Origin: a virus
DNA: 64,000 bases
IMG/VR virus record: IMGVR_UViG_3300010373_000002
Location: 32,001 to 96,000 of that record
Reading direction: 5' to 3' (one strand)
Positions 8,790 to 18,860 of the stretch are shown here, in pieces. The number at the start of each line of letters is the position of its first letter. Within the stretch, counting starts at the first letter, position 1. The position numbers and the translations under genes are program-made. The notes below the pieces were generated by a model that did no database searches, was not told the origin of the DNA, and saw nothing but the letters and a program-made list of their open reading frames with translations.

Positions 8790-10196
8790 GTGGAAGCCGG
8801 CACGGATTTCTTATCTCAGATGCCGGCATGGATCGCCGCCAAGCTCCCGGAAGCGATCGCGGCGACCTCGCGGATTCCGTATTGCCCCGTCAAGCCGACT
8901 CCCACGCAGCGAGCGTTTATCGCCCTAGACCGAATCGGCGTCAGGGAAGCTCTCTACGGCGGAGCGGCGGGCGGCGGCAAGTCGTTCTGTCTCTGCATGA
9001 TGGCCTTGAAGTATGTCGATATCCCCGAATACCGCGCTCTTTTAATGAGAAGGACATTGGCCGACGCCGACAAAGCGGGCGGGTTGATGGAAGTGCTCTG
9101 GGAGTGGTTGCGGGGAACGAAAGCGAAGTATGACGGCGAAGGCAATCGCTGGCGGTTTCCATCGGGAGCGGAGATTCACTTCGGCTACATCGACGGGCCG
9201 AACGATCACTTTAACTACGCCGGGTCCGCATACCACTTTATCGGTTGGGACGAACTCACTCAATTTAGACAAAATCAATATGAATACGTCTCGTTCGCTC
9301 GCCAGCGGAGAAGGAAAGAGTCGGTCATCCCGCTGATCGTGCGAGCGACCTCGAATCCAGGCGGCACGGGTCATCAATGGGTCTTCGATCGGTTTGTAAA
9401 CCCCGACAATACTTCGAAGCGCGTCTTCCTTCCGGCGAAGCTGGACGACAACCCTCACTTGGATCGCGAGTCATACCGCGAATCACTCGCGGAACTCTCA
9501 GAGGTAGAGCGGCAACAACTACTCCACGGCAACTGGTATGTCAAGCAGCAAGGCTTGGTCTATCCCAACTTCGAAGAGTTCGTAGCGCCGATACCGTCAA
9601 GAGTCAAGGGCAGGAGAGTAGGCGGGATCGACTGGGGCTGGCACAACCCGTTCGGAGCGTTGGTGGGCACGCTGGATCATGACGACGTTCTTTGGATCAA
9701 CTATGAACGTCACGGAAGCCACATCACTCTCTCCGATCACGCCAAGGAATTGCCCAAGCCTTGCGAGTATTGGTGCGATCCGGCCGACCCTTCCGCCGCT
9801 TCCGAGTTGAGACTGTCGGGCCATGTGGTCATCCCTTGCACGCACAAGGGCAAAAACGCGATGGAGTCGGGGATCGGCACGGTCACCGCTCGAATGCGAA
9901 CCGGACGCCTCAAGTTCTCGCCGAAGTTGAAGGAACTCCGCAAGGAAGCCGGGTCTTACCGCCGCGATCCGCATACCGGAGTCCCTATCGACAAAGACAA
10001 CCACTTGGTTGCGGCTCTCAGATATCTAGTCGTCGGCTTAGACAGAGGCCATGTTGTCAACCAGAGAGAGACGGCGACGGCTCAAGTGATCAAAGAACGA
10101 GAGGAAGCCGAGGTCCGCGAGAAGTTGCTCAACGAACAGTTGATCGAGTGGCGGCGAATCGACAACCCGGCATGGTGGGAGACGACCGAAGCATGA
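8790..10196 (+). CDS. terL: terminase large subunit
   Basis: Walker A GGAAGGGKS, Walker B IGWDE, ATSNPGG, nuclease GGIDWG..NP, WCDPAD, DKDNH. Confidence 0.95.
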   Translation: MEAGTDFLSQMPAWIAAKLPEAIAATSRIPYCPVKPTPTQRAFIALDRIGVREALYGGAAGGGKSFCLCMMALKYVDIPEYRALLMRRTLADADKAGGLMEVLWEWLRGTKAKYDGEGNRWRFPSGAEIHFGYIDGPNDHFNYAGSAYHFIGWDELTQFRQNQYEYVSFARQRRRKESVIPLIVRATSNPGGTGHQWVFDRFVNPDNTSKRVFLPAKLDDNPHLDRESYRESLAELSEVERQQLLHGNWYVKQQGLVYPNFEEFVAPIPSRVKGRRVGGIDWGWHNPFGALVGTLDHDDVLWINYERHGSHITLSDHAKELPKPCEYWCDPADPSAASELRLSGHVVIPCTHKGKNAMESGIGTVTARMRTGRLKFSPKLKELRKEAGSYRRDPHTGVPIDKDNHLVAALRYLVVGLDRGHVVNQRETATAQVIKEREEAEVREKLLNEQLIEWRRIDNPAWWETTEA

Positions 10197-10360
10197 AACC
10201 GACAGGGAAAGGGCCGATCGGTCAATCGGGAGTCGAGCCTTCTAACAGGGCCTCCGACTACTCGCCGTATAACGAAAGCGGCGTCGCCCTGCTGATTTTG
10301 CTCGCGTGCTTCGGAATCATCATCGCACTGACGTTCGCCAAAACCATTGGACTACTTTGA
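10193..10360 (+). CDS. small membrane protein
   Basis: ATGA overlap with terL stop; C-terminal hydrophobic helix ALLILLACFGIIIALTF. Confidence 0.6.
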   Translation: MKPTGKGPIGQSGVEPSNRASDYSPYNESGVALLILLACFGIIIALTFAKTIGLL

Positions 10361-10379
10361 CTTAACATAGGAACCAACA

Positions 10380-11285
10380 TTGCAAGTACACCTTCAAAGA
10401 GTCGTCTCTGAGCTAGGTCAACCGCATCGCCAGTTCCTTATGTCCGACACCCATTTGGGCAGTCCTTATGTTGACAAGAAAAAGATCGTCGAGGATTGCG
10501 AAGCGGCCGCAAAAGCCGACGCGGCGATCATCATCAACGGCGACGTTTTCGACGCGATCAATCCTAAAGACAAGCGGTTTATGCCGAGTTGCTACGACAA
10601 GGAATTGCTCGGCAAGGATGACGTCGGCGAATCGATGGTCGAGATGGGGTTCAAGATTTTCGCGCCATTCGCCAACCGCATCAAAGTGATCGGGGTCGGC
10701 AATCACGAAGAGTCTTGGTTGCGCCGTTCCGCCGAGGATTTGGTCGGTCGCTTGATCGCCAAGTTGAACGCGGAACTCGACAAACAAGGTTGCTCTAATC
10801 GTGTTCGTCACGGCGGCATCTCCGGCTTCTACAGGACCATTTTCCAGTTCCCTCGGCCCGGCGGTCGATCGTCTTCGACTTCTCATACGCTGATGTACGC
10901 CCACGGAGCGGGCGGAGACAGCCCCGTGACCAAGGGCATGACCGCCTTCTACCGCAAGTCGAACGAATACTTCTTCGACGCGATCACGATGGGACACCGC
11001 CATCACCGCAACTTCGACCATAACACGATCATGGTTTGTTCTCCGGCCGGTCATATCACGCACCACGACCGCTATTACATTCAAACCGCCAGCTATATGT
11101 ACAATATTGTCGAAACGAACCAGTCGAATCCCATGAACTATAGCTACGCGGAATCGGCTCTCCACGCGACCAAGCCGCTCGGCGGCATGTTCTTGACCGT
11201 GATTCCCAAGCGAGAGACGCGGGTGATGGAGAAGGGGAACACTTCCCTCTATAAAGTCCAACAAGAGGTCGCCACGGCGGTCTGA
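10380..11285 (+). CDS. calcineurin-like metallophosphoesterase
   Basis: motifs SDTH, GDVFD, GNHE, AHG, GHRH. Confidence 0.9.
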   Translation: MQVHLQRVVSELGQPHRQFLMSDTHLGSPYVDKKKIVEDCEAAAKADAAIIINGDVFDAINPKDKRFMPSCYDKELLGKDDVGESMVEMGFKIFAPFANRIKVIGVGNHEESWLRRSAEDLVGRLIAKLNAELDKQGCSNRVRHGGISGFYRTIFQFPRPGGRSSSTSHTLMYAHGAGGDSPVTKGMTAFYRKSNEYFFDAITMGHRHHRNFDHNTIMVCSPAGHITHHDRYYIQTASYMYNIVETNQSNPMNYSYAESALHATKPLGGMFLTVIPKRETRVMEKGNTSLYKVQQEVATAV

Positions 11286-11370
11286 ATGGTCTTCCTTTGA
11301 ATCGAGAACTTTTGGTACAATTCATCTAGTAGATTCCAACCACTGAACGCGATCTTGGAGCCTTTTTCGT

Positions 11371-12981
11371 ATGCGATCGAAATGGTATCTGTATTACATC
11401 TCCGGTCCCATGACCGGCCTTCCCGAGTACAACTACCCCGCATTCAACCACGCCGCAAAAGTCGCCAGAGAGATGCTTGCCGACGCCGAGTTGGCGAACT
11501 CCTACGAGTTGGTATTCAACCCTGCCGAATCGTTCGGCGGCGACACGACGAAGGCCCGCGAAACCTATTTCGTCGAAGACATGCTCGCCCTGGCTCGGTC
11601 GGAACGCATCATCTTGCTGCCCGGTTGGGAGAAGTCGGCCGGAGCGAGATTGGAAGTGGCGGCGGCGAAGGAGATGGGACTCGGCTTCCACAAGTTCATT
11701 CTCAAGGAAGACGGCGAGTGGGACATCGGCGAGATGCGAGAAGCGCCGGATATCGAAGTGATCTGCAAGGAAGACACCCTGGCGATTCCAAGGACGGCAT
11801 ATTCCGCTTACTGTCCCCGAAACTACACGACTTGGTTGATCGGCGGCGATTGGGATAAAGCTCTAACCAAACCTCTGCCTCCGACCGACACGCTTCCTCA
11901 TGAGAAGGCCGAATACTTCGTCGATTATCGCGAGAAAGAAGATGATCCGCCGAAACCGGCTACTCCCGGAACTCACGACATCGGCCACGGCATCATCGCG
12001 AAACAAGTCGGCGGGATCGGCGGGACGATCGAGTTCAACGGCGTCCGCCTTCCGTTCACGAACTGGGAAGCGACGAAAGAGAGGATCGACGACGGCGACT
12101 CCGAACCGCCGCCGACCTCGAACTCCTTCTCCGACAAAATTAAAACGACTGTCGAGTTCACGGAATCCAGCAAAGATTGGATTAAAGAATTTCTGCTCGA
12201 AGAAGCCAAAAAGCAAGCGTCGTGGGGTGAACCGTTCCCGACCTCTCCGCCTGACGATGACACTGTTTATGATGAGGTTGGCGCTACTTTATGCGACAAG
12301 ATAGCGAAAGACTTCACCAAATACAGTGACGAGATCATTCTCGGAAAACTGGAAGGCGCAATCCGAGAGAATCCTTCTTTCCATCCCTCGGAAAAGAATC
12401 TTTCTTCTCTTTTCGGTTGCGGCGAACCATTACCGACGAAGCCGCCTAGAGATATTTCGAGCAAGAGAGAAGATGGGGTTTCTCTCGCGAGGGATCAAAT
12501 GAGAGACGTATGGAGAACTGTTGGTATCAGTGATTTATACGGCTATCCTTGCGTTGTTCAGTCGGACTTCGAACACTTCCCTATTCCAAAAGAATTCACT
12601 CCTCCGCCGAATCCTCCCGAGTCTCCTCCTTCGGACGGCATCAAACGCTTTGAGACGGGCGCAGTCAGATCGACCGACGCGGAAGGATTTCGCTACGACC
12701 TCATCTCGCCGATCGCTCTCAGGGAACTCGCCAGAACCTACGCGGAAGGTTCGCTCAAGTACGGCGACTTCAACTGGGAAAAGGGTATGCCGGTTCACGA
12801 TCTCTTGAACCACGCCATCCCGCACACCTATGAAGCCTTGGCGGGCGAAGACGTGCTCTTGAATCTCACTCACGCCGCTTGGGGATTGATGGCCGCGATC
12901 CACTCTTACATCCTCTGGCCGCATCTCAACGCCGGTCATCTTCGCGGTCCCGGTTGCACGCCGCCGACTCCGACTGAATAA
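11371..12981 (+). CDS. DUF4406 (nucleoside deoxyribosyltransferase-like) fused to DUF5664 dATP/dGTP diphosphohydrolase domain
   Basis: N-term YISGPMTGLPEYNYPAF..FNPAE..LPGWEKSAGARLE; C-term FETGAVRS..RYDLI..GSLKYGDFNWEKGM..HAAW. Confidence 0.85.
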   Translation: MRSKWYLYYISGPMTGLPEYNYPAFNHAAKVAREMLADAELANSYELVFNPAESFGGDTTKARETYFVEDMLALARSERIILLPGWEKSAGARLEVAAAKEMGLGFHKFILKEDGEWDIGEMREAPDIEVICKEDTLAIPRTAYSAYCPRNYTTWLIGGDWDKALTKPLPPTDTLPHEKAEYFVDYREKEDDPPKPATPGTHDIGHGIIAKQVGGIGGTIEFNGVRLPFTNWEATKERIDDGDSEPPPTSNSFSDKIKTTVEFTESSKDWIKEFLLEEAKKQASWGEPFPTSPPDDDTVYDEVGATLCDKIAKDFTKYSDEIILGKLEGAIRENPSFHPSEKNLSSLFGCGEPLPTKPPRDISSKREDGVSLARDQMRDVWRTVGISDLYGYPCVVQSDFEHFPIPKEFTPPPNPPESPPSDGIKRFETGAVRSTDAEGFRYDLISPIALRELARTYAEGSLKYGDFNWEKGMPVHDLLNHAIPHTYEALAGEDVLLNLTHAAWGLMAAIHSYILWPHLNAGHLRGPGCTPPTPTE

Positions 12982-12990
12982 GGTCACACC

Positions 12991-15072
12991 ATGTATATTC
13001 GCCGTGGCGGAAGCCTACCGAAACCTCGTTGGGCGACCGGAACCACGGCTCGGAAGGGGCCGGGCGGTTATGGCGGCTCCTTCGGTTTCGGTTTCGGCGG
13101 TTCCACTTCCGCAGACGCTTTCGGCAAGAAGCCGGCTCCGACTCCGGCTCGCTTGGTCGATTGTTATAAACAGATCATCTATTCCTGCATCACCCTCAAT
13201 CAAGGCGCGGTCTCCTCGAACCCCCTCCGTCTCTACGCCTATCTCGACAAGAGCGACAAGAAGAAGGCGTGGGACGGCAGACCGATCGAACGCAAGCATC
13301 GGCTCCGCACCAACGAAGCCTTGAAGTCGATGGGGTCGCGATATATCAGCGACGAGGTTGAAGAGGTCACTTCCCACGTCGCCTTGGACGTCATCTCGCG
13401 GCCGAACAAATACTTCGACGGCAACAGCCTACTCCAATATATCGTCGTGTCGATGGATGTCGTCGGCGCGTTCTACGCGGAACCGTTGGGATCGCGACTC
13501 GGCAATCCGGTCAAGGAACTCTGGCCTTTGCCGCCGCATTACGTGTTTCCGGTTCCCGAGGTCGCCGATTTCGCCGAAATAGATTACTACCTCTTTGGTT
13601 CGCTCCGCTTCGAATTCGAAGAGTTGATCCGCATCCAATGGAACGACCTTCGCAATCCCTACCTCAACAACTACTCGCCGACGCGAGCCGCCTTTCAGTA
13701 TGCCGGACTAGAAGACGAGTGGGTTTCGACCCAACGCCAAACCTTCGAGAACGGCCCCGGTCCCTCCGCAGTCTTCTCGCCTAAAGACCCCGAGTTCACC
13801 TTCTCGCCCGAGACTCGGGTTCGCCTGGAAACCGCCCTTAACATCAAACACACCGCCGGAGGGCGGGGCAGAGCCTTAGTGACCGACGGTGCGTTGGATA
13901 TGCACCCGATCACCTACCCGCCCAACGAGGTCGCCGAAACCGGAGTCGCCGAGTACGACCTGGAGAGAATCTGTAACTGTTTCGGCGTGCATCCCGCTCA
14001 GATGTCGCGCGACACGAATATGGCGAACATGCAGGCGGCGAACGAGCATCACGCCAAAAGAGCCGTGCTTCCTCGCTGTATCGCCATCGCCAACGGTCTC
14101 ACTCGCGAGGTCGCTCAGAGATACGACAAGCGTTTATTCTTCGCCTTCGATCCCGTCGTCACGCCCGACCTCAAACTTCAAGCCGAGATTCACGACAAGT
14201 ACATATCCAACGGCGTCTACACGATCAACCGCGTGCGAGCGGACTTGGGCGAGCAACCGAGCGATTACGGCGAACTGCCTTGGTTCAGCAACAAACTGAT
14301 CCAGCCGGACGCGATGGCCGAGCAGATGGATCACGAGCAAGAGATGGATCGCGCCCAACTGCGGGAGTCGCGAGCGGCCAGATTGGCTCAACAAGCGGCG
14401 GCGACGGCGGCGGCGACGGCGGCGGCGAACAAACCGAAGAAGCCCGCAGGAAAGTCGTTCCCCGATCACTTGGTCGAAACGGTCGGCAGGTTGGACGAAC
14501 GGTTGCGAGTCATCGCCAATAAACTTCTCGCTTCCGAAGGGACCGACAATGGCTTCGGTCTTAGCGATGCTCTTACTCTCGCCGCTTATCTACGCAACCT
14601 TGACCGTCGCGTTGACGATTCCTCGCTCGATACGGTCCCTGTTCAAATCCCCGAGGCAATCACCTTGAATTGCGGCGCAATCAACGAGCCTCCCGAAGAA
14701 CCTTTGCCGGCTCCGGTCGTCGCTCCCGACGAGACCCCTTCCGAGAGCGTCGCGATCGAGCAAGCCGACGAGGAATTCGACTGGACGCACGACGGCTTCT
14801 TGGCTCGCCGCGTCGCCGAGGAAGCGGACATTTCCAAAGCGGTCGAAGTCGAAACCGAGGCTTTCGATATAGAGAACCCCGTTCACGTCTTCGGCTATTC
14901 GACCGACCCGGAGACGCCTGCGGCCGAAGAATCCAATGAATCCGAAACAATCCAATCGTTAATCCAGACCGCCGCCGAAGAAACGCCTCCCTCCGAGCCT
15001 GAGAAGGCGGTTGCTCCCAAGAAACGCAAACGTCGCAAGAAAGCCAAAGAGGAGGCCGAAATTGCCCCTTGA
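12991..15072 (+). CDS. HK97-type portal protein with long acidic C-terminal extension
   Basis: ISRPN..ELWPLPP..SPTRAA..FENG..ICNCFGVHP..YTINRVRADLG; position after terL. Confidence 0.9.
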   Translation: MYIRRGGSLPKPRWATGTTARKGPGGYGGSFGFGFGGSTSADAFGKKPAPTPARLVDCYKQIIYSCITLNQGAVSSNPLRLYAYLDKSDKKKAWDGRPIERKHRLRTNEALKSMGSRYISDEVEEVTSHVALDVISRPNKYFDGNSLLQYIVVSMDVVGAFYAEPLGSRLGNPVKELWPLPPHYVFPVPEVADFAEIDYYLFGSLRFEFEELIRIQWNDLRNPYLNNYSPTRAAFQYAGLEDEWVSTQRQTFENGPGPSAVFSPKDPEFTFSPETRVRLETALNIKHTAGGRGRALVTDGALDMHPITYPPNEVAETGVAEYDLERICNCFGVHPAQMSRDTNMANMQAANEHHAKRAVLPRCIAIANGLTREVAQRYDKRLFFAFDPVVTPDLKLQAEIHDKYISNGVYTINRVRADLGEQPSDYGELPWFSNKLIQPDAMAEQMDHEQEMDRAQLRESRAARLAQQAAATAAATAAANKPKKPAGKSFPDHLVETVGRLDERLRVIANKLLASEGTDNGFGLSDALTLAAYLRNLDRRVDDSSLDTVPVQIPEAITLNCGAINEPPEEPLPAPVVAPDETPSESVAIEQADEEFDWTHDGFLARRVAEEADISKAVEVETEAFDIENPVHVFGYSTDPETPAAEESNESETIQSLIQTAAEETPPSEPEKAVAPKKRKRRKKAKEEAEIAP

Positions 15073-16579
15073 TATCACTTGCTCGAAATCGTCCGTCGCC
15101 AAGGTCGATGTCTCCGTCGAAGCCGTCCAAGAGAACGAGAAGCGTTGGGCCGTATTCACGATCACGACCGACGACGTTGACCGTACCGGCGACGTGATTA
15201 TCGCCACCGGCGGCGACTACGCCGATTATTTGAAGAACCCTGTCGTTCTAGCCGTTCACGATATGTACTCGTGGCCGGTCGGGACCGCCGAAACGATCGA
15301 GGTTCAGCCGGATAAGCGGTCGGTGAAGTCTAAAGTCGTATTCCCGGACGGCGACCCCGAGATCGACCGGCTCTACAACCTGATCAAACAAAATGTCGTC
15401 AGAGGTTGCTCGGTCCAAATTCGCGTCCACTCGCAAGGGCCTCCCACCAAGGAAGAGTTGAAGGCTCGTCCCGATTGGGCGGGGGCTTCCAACATTATCC
15501 GCCAGTGGTCGCTGATCGAATGGTCGATCTGTCCGATCGGCATGAACCAGAACGCCTTGCTCGAAGCCGTCAAAAAAGGTCTGACGATCGAAGGCAAAGT
15601 GGCCGAATGGATCGAACCGCCGACGTGCGAGGTTCCCTTCAAGGAAACGAAGATTTCCGAGAAGCATTGGGACGAGGACGGGGCGGTCGCTCGACTCAAG
15701 CGTTGGGCGTCCAAAGACGGTTCCGGCGATCTCGATCAGATGGATTGGGATAAGTACCGCGAAGGTTTCGCGTGGTGCGATTACGAGAATCGAGAATCGT
15801 TCAAATCCTACAGGTTTCCACACCATGATGTCGTTCACGGTGAACTTGTAGTCGTAAGAGAATACCTTGATAACATTTTAACATACGGAATATTCGATTC
15901 ATTCAAGGTTTCGGAATACGAAAAAGTCGGAAATCATCTCGCGAAACACTATGGACAATGGGGTGAAAAAGCTCCCTGGGATCATGAACAACCAAAGGAA
16001 GACGATATGAGCCTGTTTGATGCCAAGGGGCCTGTTCCCCACGAAAAACAAAATCACATGGACGGCAAGTTCGACCATAGGGAGGCTTTGAATCGGGTCC
16101 GAAAAATGTGTTCGATCGACGGCACGGCGAAACAAGAGGACATGAACTTCTCTCTATACGCCAAGGCTTTCGCTCACGTTAATCCCGAAAGAGTGGACAA
16201 ATTCGACGGCTACTCTTTGCTTCACCACGACGTTGATAAAAAAGGCGTTATGTGTATGCACAAGATGGGGTTGCAGGATGCCGACATGAAGCTCGTCAAG
16301 GGAGATCACAATATCCCCGAGGAGCACATGGAAGGCGTCAAGGACCACATCCGCAAGCATTATCAAGAAATGGAATCGAAGCCCGTCTTCGACGATCACG
16401 GCCACAAAGCCTTGGATCAACCGGCCGAATTGGACGCGAATAAAGCCAAATTGGATGAAATCGCCGCCCGCCTCAAAGCGACGTCGAGAATCAAGAAAGC
16501 GGCCGAGAAGCCGATCGAAGTCCCGATCGAAGACACCGTGAAAACCGTGCTCGATCGCCTTCGTGGTTACACTTCCTAA
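15062..16579 (+). CDS. prohead maturation protease with two C-terminal repeat domains
   Basis: ITTDDVDRTGDVI, KNPVVLAVH, GCSV, LIEWSICPIGMNQNAL; TTG 15062 after GAGGAGG. Confidence 0.9.
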   Translation: MPLDITCSKSSVAKVDVSVEAVQENEKRWAVFTITTDDVDRTGDVIIATGGDYADYLKNPVVLAVHDMYSWPVGTAETIEVQPDKRSVKSKVVFPDGDPEIDRLYNLIKQNVVRGCSVQIRVHSQGPPTKEELKARPDWAGASNIIRQWSLIEWSICPIGMNQNALLEAVKKGLTIEGKVAEWIEPPTCEVPFKETKISEKHWDEDGAVARLKRWASKDGSGDLDQMDWDKYREGFAWCDYENRESFKSYRFPHHDVVHGELVVVREYLDNILTYGIFDSFKVSEYEKVGNHLAKHYGQWGEKAPWDHEQPKEDDMSLFDAKGPVPHEKQNHMDGKFDHREALNRVRKMCSIDGTAKQEDMNFSLYAKAFAHVNPERVDKFDGYSLLHHDVDKKGVMCMHKMGLQDADMKLVKGDHNIPEEHMEGVKDHIRKHYQEMESKPVFDDHGHKALDQPAELDANKAKLDEIAARLKATSRIKKAAEKPIEVPIEDTVKTVLDRLRGYTS

Positions 16580-16670
16580 TATCACTTCCTTTTAAGTTCT
16601 CATTCGATTTTTCCCACCCAAATAGTCGCACGGCGCTATTCGTGCGCCTACGCGCAAAGGATTCATTTTC

Positions 16671-18083
16671 ATGCGTCAAATCGAAATGCTCAAGTCCTAC
16701 AACGGACTCGAAAAGGGCAGCAAATACGAGGTCAACGACGACGAAGCGGATTTGCTGGTCAAAGCCGAAATCGCCAAGTTGGTCGTGGAAGAGAAGGCCG
16801 CTCCGGTCGCCGGCATGACTCAAGAGGACTTGATCAAAACGATCACGGGCGTCTTGACTCAACTCGACGCGGTTTCCGAGCGTAAAAGCAAGGTCGCCAA
16901 CCCGGCCGAGGCCAAAGAGCCGCGTTCCTTGGGCGAGTGGTTCAAAGAGTTGGCGTTCGCGAACTCTCAGTCGATGGATATTCCCGCCGACCGCAAAAAG
17001 AGCGCCGTCAATATTTTGGTGAAGAAGTACGAGACGGAGTTCAACCGCTCGTTCGACAGCGACTTCAGCGAAGGTCTCAACCGAGACGCCGCCAAAGTGG
17101 CGAAGTCGATGGGTTACGCCGGCGACACCGTTCAGAAGGCGTCGGCCTTGGGCGAAACGTCGAGCGGCTTGGGCGGAGCCTTGGTTCCGTTCGAATTCAT
17201 GCCGCAACTCATGACCTTGATCGAGAATCAAGCCGACCTGATGCCCAAGTGTCGCCAAGTGCCCATGAACGGGACTTCGCTCACCTTCCCCGCCCTCGAT
17301 TACTCGCTCGGCGGCAGCGGCGCGAACCCCTTTCTGGCCGGCATGAAGGCGTCGTGGGGAACCGATGGGGCCACGTTCAACCAACAGAACCCCAACTTCC
17401 GCCAGATCGAACTCAAGCCGAACATCTTGAGCGGTTACACGGTCGCCTCGAAGAATTTGGTCGAAGATTCGCCGGAGACGGTGGGCGCGATCTTGAGCGA
17501 GTTGATCTCTCAGACCGCCGCGTTCTACATCGACTACGCGATCCTCTTCGGCTCGGGCGCGAACCAGCCGCTCGGCGTCTTCAACGCTCCGGCGACGATC
17601 AGCGTCAACCGGGCGGGGACGGCCAACGGCAACTACAACACCGACTTGACCGCGATGAACGCCAAGATGCTCCGCTCCAAGGGCAAGTCTTCGCCGTTCT
17701 GGATCACGTCTCCCTCGGTCGAACAACTCATCTTGGAGATGACCGACTCGACCGGCCGCTTGATCTTCCTGCCCAACTTCCCGAACCCGACCGGCGGCCA
17801 GGTTCAGTCGAACTACGGCGATCGGCTCTACAAGTACCCGTACATCGTCTCGCAACTCGCCGCTTCGGCCGCGACCGCAGGCGACTTGTTCCTCTTGGAC
17901 TTGGACAAATACTTCCTCGGTATGCGCAAGCAGCTTGAGGTTCAAGTGTCCGATCAGGTCAACTTCCTGAGCTACCAACTCGTGTGGCGGTTCATCCTCC
18001 GTTGCGACGGCAAGCCGTGGCTCAACACCAGCTTAACCTTGCAGAACGGCGACGTCGTTTCCCCGTTCGTCTACCGCAATTGA
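16671..18083 (+). CDS. major capsid protein (HK97 fold, with N-terminal scaffold-like region)
   Basis: GGALVP, F..IEL.P, S..L.EDS, AILFGSGANQPLGV, TDSTGR, R.DGKP. Confidence 0.95.
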   Translation: MRQIEMLKSYNGLEKGSKYEVNDDEADLLVKAEIAKLVVEEKAAPVAGMTQEDLIKTITGVLTQLDAVSERKSKVANPAEAKEPRSLGEWFKELAFANSQSMDIPADRKKSAVNILVKKYETEFNRSFDSDFSEGLNRDAAKVAKSMGYAGDTVQKASALGETSSGLGGALVPFEFMPQLMTLIENQADLMPKCRQVPMNGTSLTFPALDYSLGGSGANPFLAGMKASWGTDGATFNQQNPNFRQIELKPNILSGYTVASKNLVEDSPETVGAILSELISQTAAFYIDYAILFGSGANQPLGVFNAPATISVNRAGTANGNYNTDLTAMNAKMLRSKGKSSPFWITSPSVEQLILEMTDSTGRLIFLPNFPNPTGGQVQSNYGDRLYKYPYIVSQLAASAATAGDLFLLDLDKYFLGMRKQLEVQVSDQVNFLSYQLVWRFILRCDGKPWLNTSLTLQNGDVVSPFVYRN

Positions 18084-18157
18084 TCCGCACTTCAAACCCC
18101 GTTCCATTCGGCTCGGGGTCTCTATTCATATATTCATTTTTGGGAGATGATTAAGCA

Positions 18158-18628
18158 ATGCCCGCCACTCTGCAACTGCGGATCACCGATCGGATGGCTT
18201 GCGTCGGCAATGTCCTGGCGCAAAGCGTCACCACGATCCAATCGACCGACGCGATCAACTTGGGCCTCTGGAACCGGGTTCTGTTCGTCGTCAGCGTCGG
18301 AGCCATCGGGGCCAGCGCCACGGTGACGTTCACGGTCACTTCGTCCACGACTTCCGGCGGCAGCTATACGGCGCTGACCGGCGTCAATATCGGCAACGAT
18401 ACGACCGGCACGCACGTCTGGCTGGTCGAAGTCGATACCCAAGCCGTCTACAACGCGCTTAACCTCGCCAACGGCACGGATATCTTCATTAAAGGCAACG
18501 TCACCAGCACGACCGCCGCGACTCCTTGCGCCGTCGTCGCCCTGGCCGAAGGCGGACATTACTTGCCGCCGGTCTCCAGCACCTACGGCTCGCACGTCCA
18601 AACGCCCGTCGTGGTCTTGGGCGGTTAA
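18158..18628 (+). CDS. putative head decoration/cement protein
   Basis: beta-rich 156-aa ORF directly after capsid gene. Confidence 0.6.
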   Translation: MPATLQLRITDRMACVGNVLAQSVTTIQSTDAINLGLWNRVLFVVSVGAIGASATVTFTVTSSTTSGGSYTALTGVNIGNDTTGTHVWLVEVDTQAVYNALNLANGTDIFIKGNVTSTTAATPCAVVALAEGGHYLPPVSSTYGSHVQTPVVVLGG

Positions 18629-18639
18629 TATTGCTTCAG

Positions 18640-18678
18640 CCGCCGCCCGGCCCATTTCGCAAGCCGGGCGGCGGTTTT
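18640..18678 (+). terminator. rho-independent terminator
   Basis: CCGCCGCCCGGC-loop-GCCGGGCGGCGG-TTTT. Confidence 0.8.
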
Positions 18679-18702
18679 CTCAACGACGCAAAGGAGTCCG
18701 TC

Positions 18703-18843
18703 ATGTCTTGGCTCTCAAGCGTCGTCGGTAACGGAACCGGAGTGTCGGTCTCCTTGGCCGCGCTTTCGTTAGTCCTTATTACATCATTATTTAATACTGC
18801 TTGTTTGTCTATCGTCTTATTAAAGGCGATCGGCAAAAAATGA
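18703..18843 (+). CDS. small membrane protein (holin-like candidate)
   Basis: AAGGAG RBS; 46 aa, hydrophobic with basic C-terminus. Confidence 0.6.
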   Translation: MSWLSSVVGNGTGVSVSLAALSLVLITSLFNTACLSIVLLKAIGKK

Positions 18844-18860
18844 AATAAGAAAGAGAAACC

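Noticed and set aside
11371-12981. 2-aminoadenine (Z) or deazaguanine genome
   Set aside because: DUF5664 alone is insufficient; no purZ, queCDE, dpdA or DNA polymerase visible here
16491-17978. Long antisense/overlapping ORFs (495 aa here; also 25079..26245, 35697..36782 and others)
   Set aside because: Shadow frames of GC3-rich genes, with no motifs or RBS
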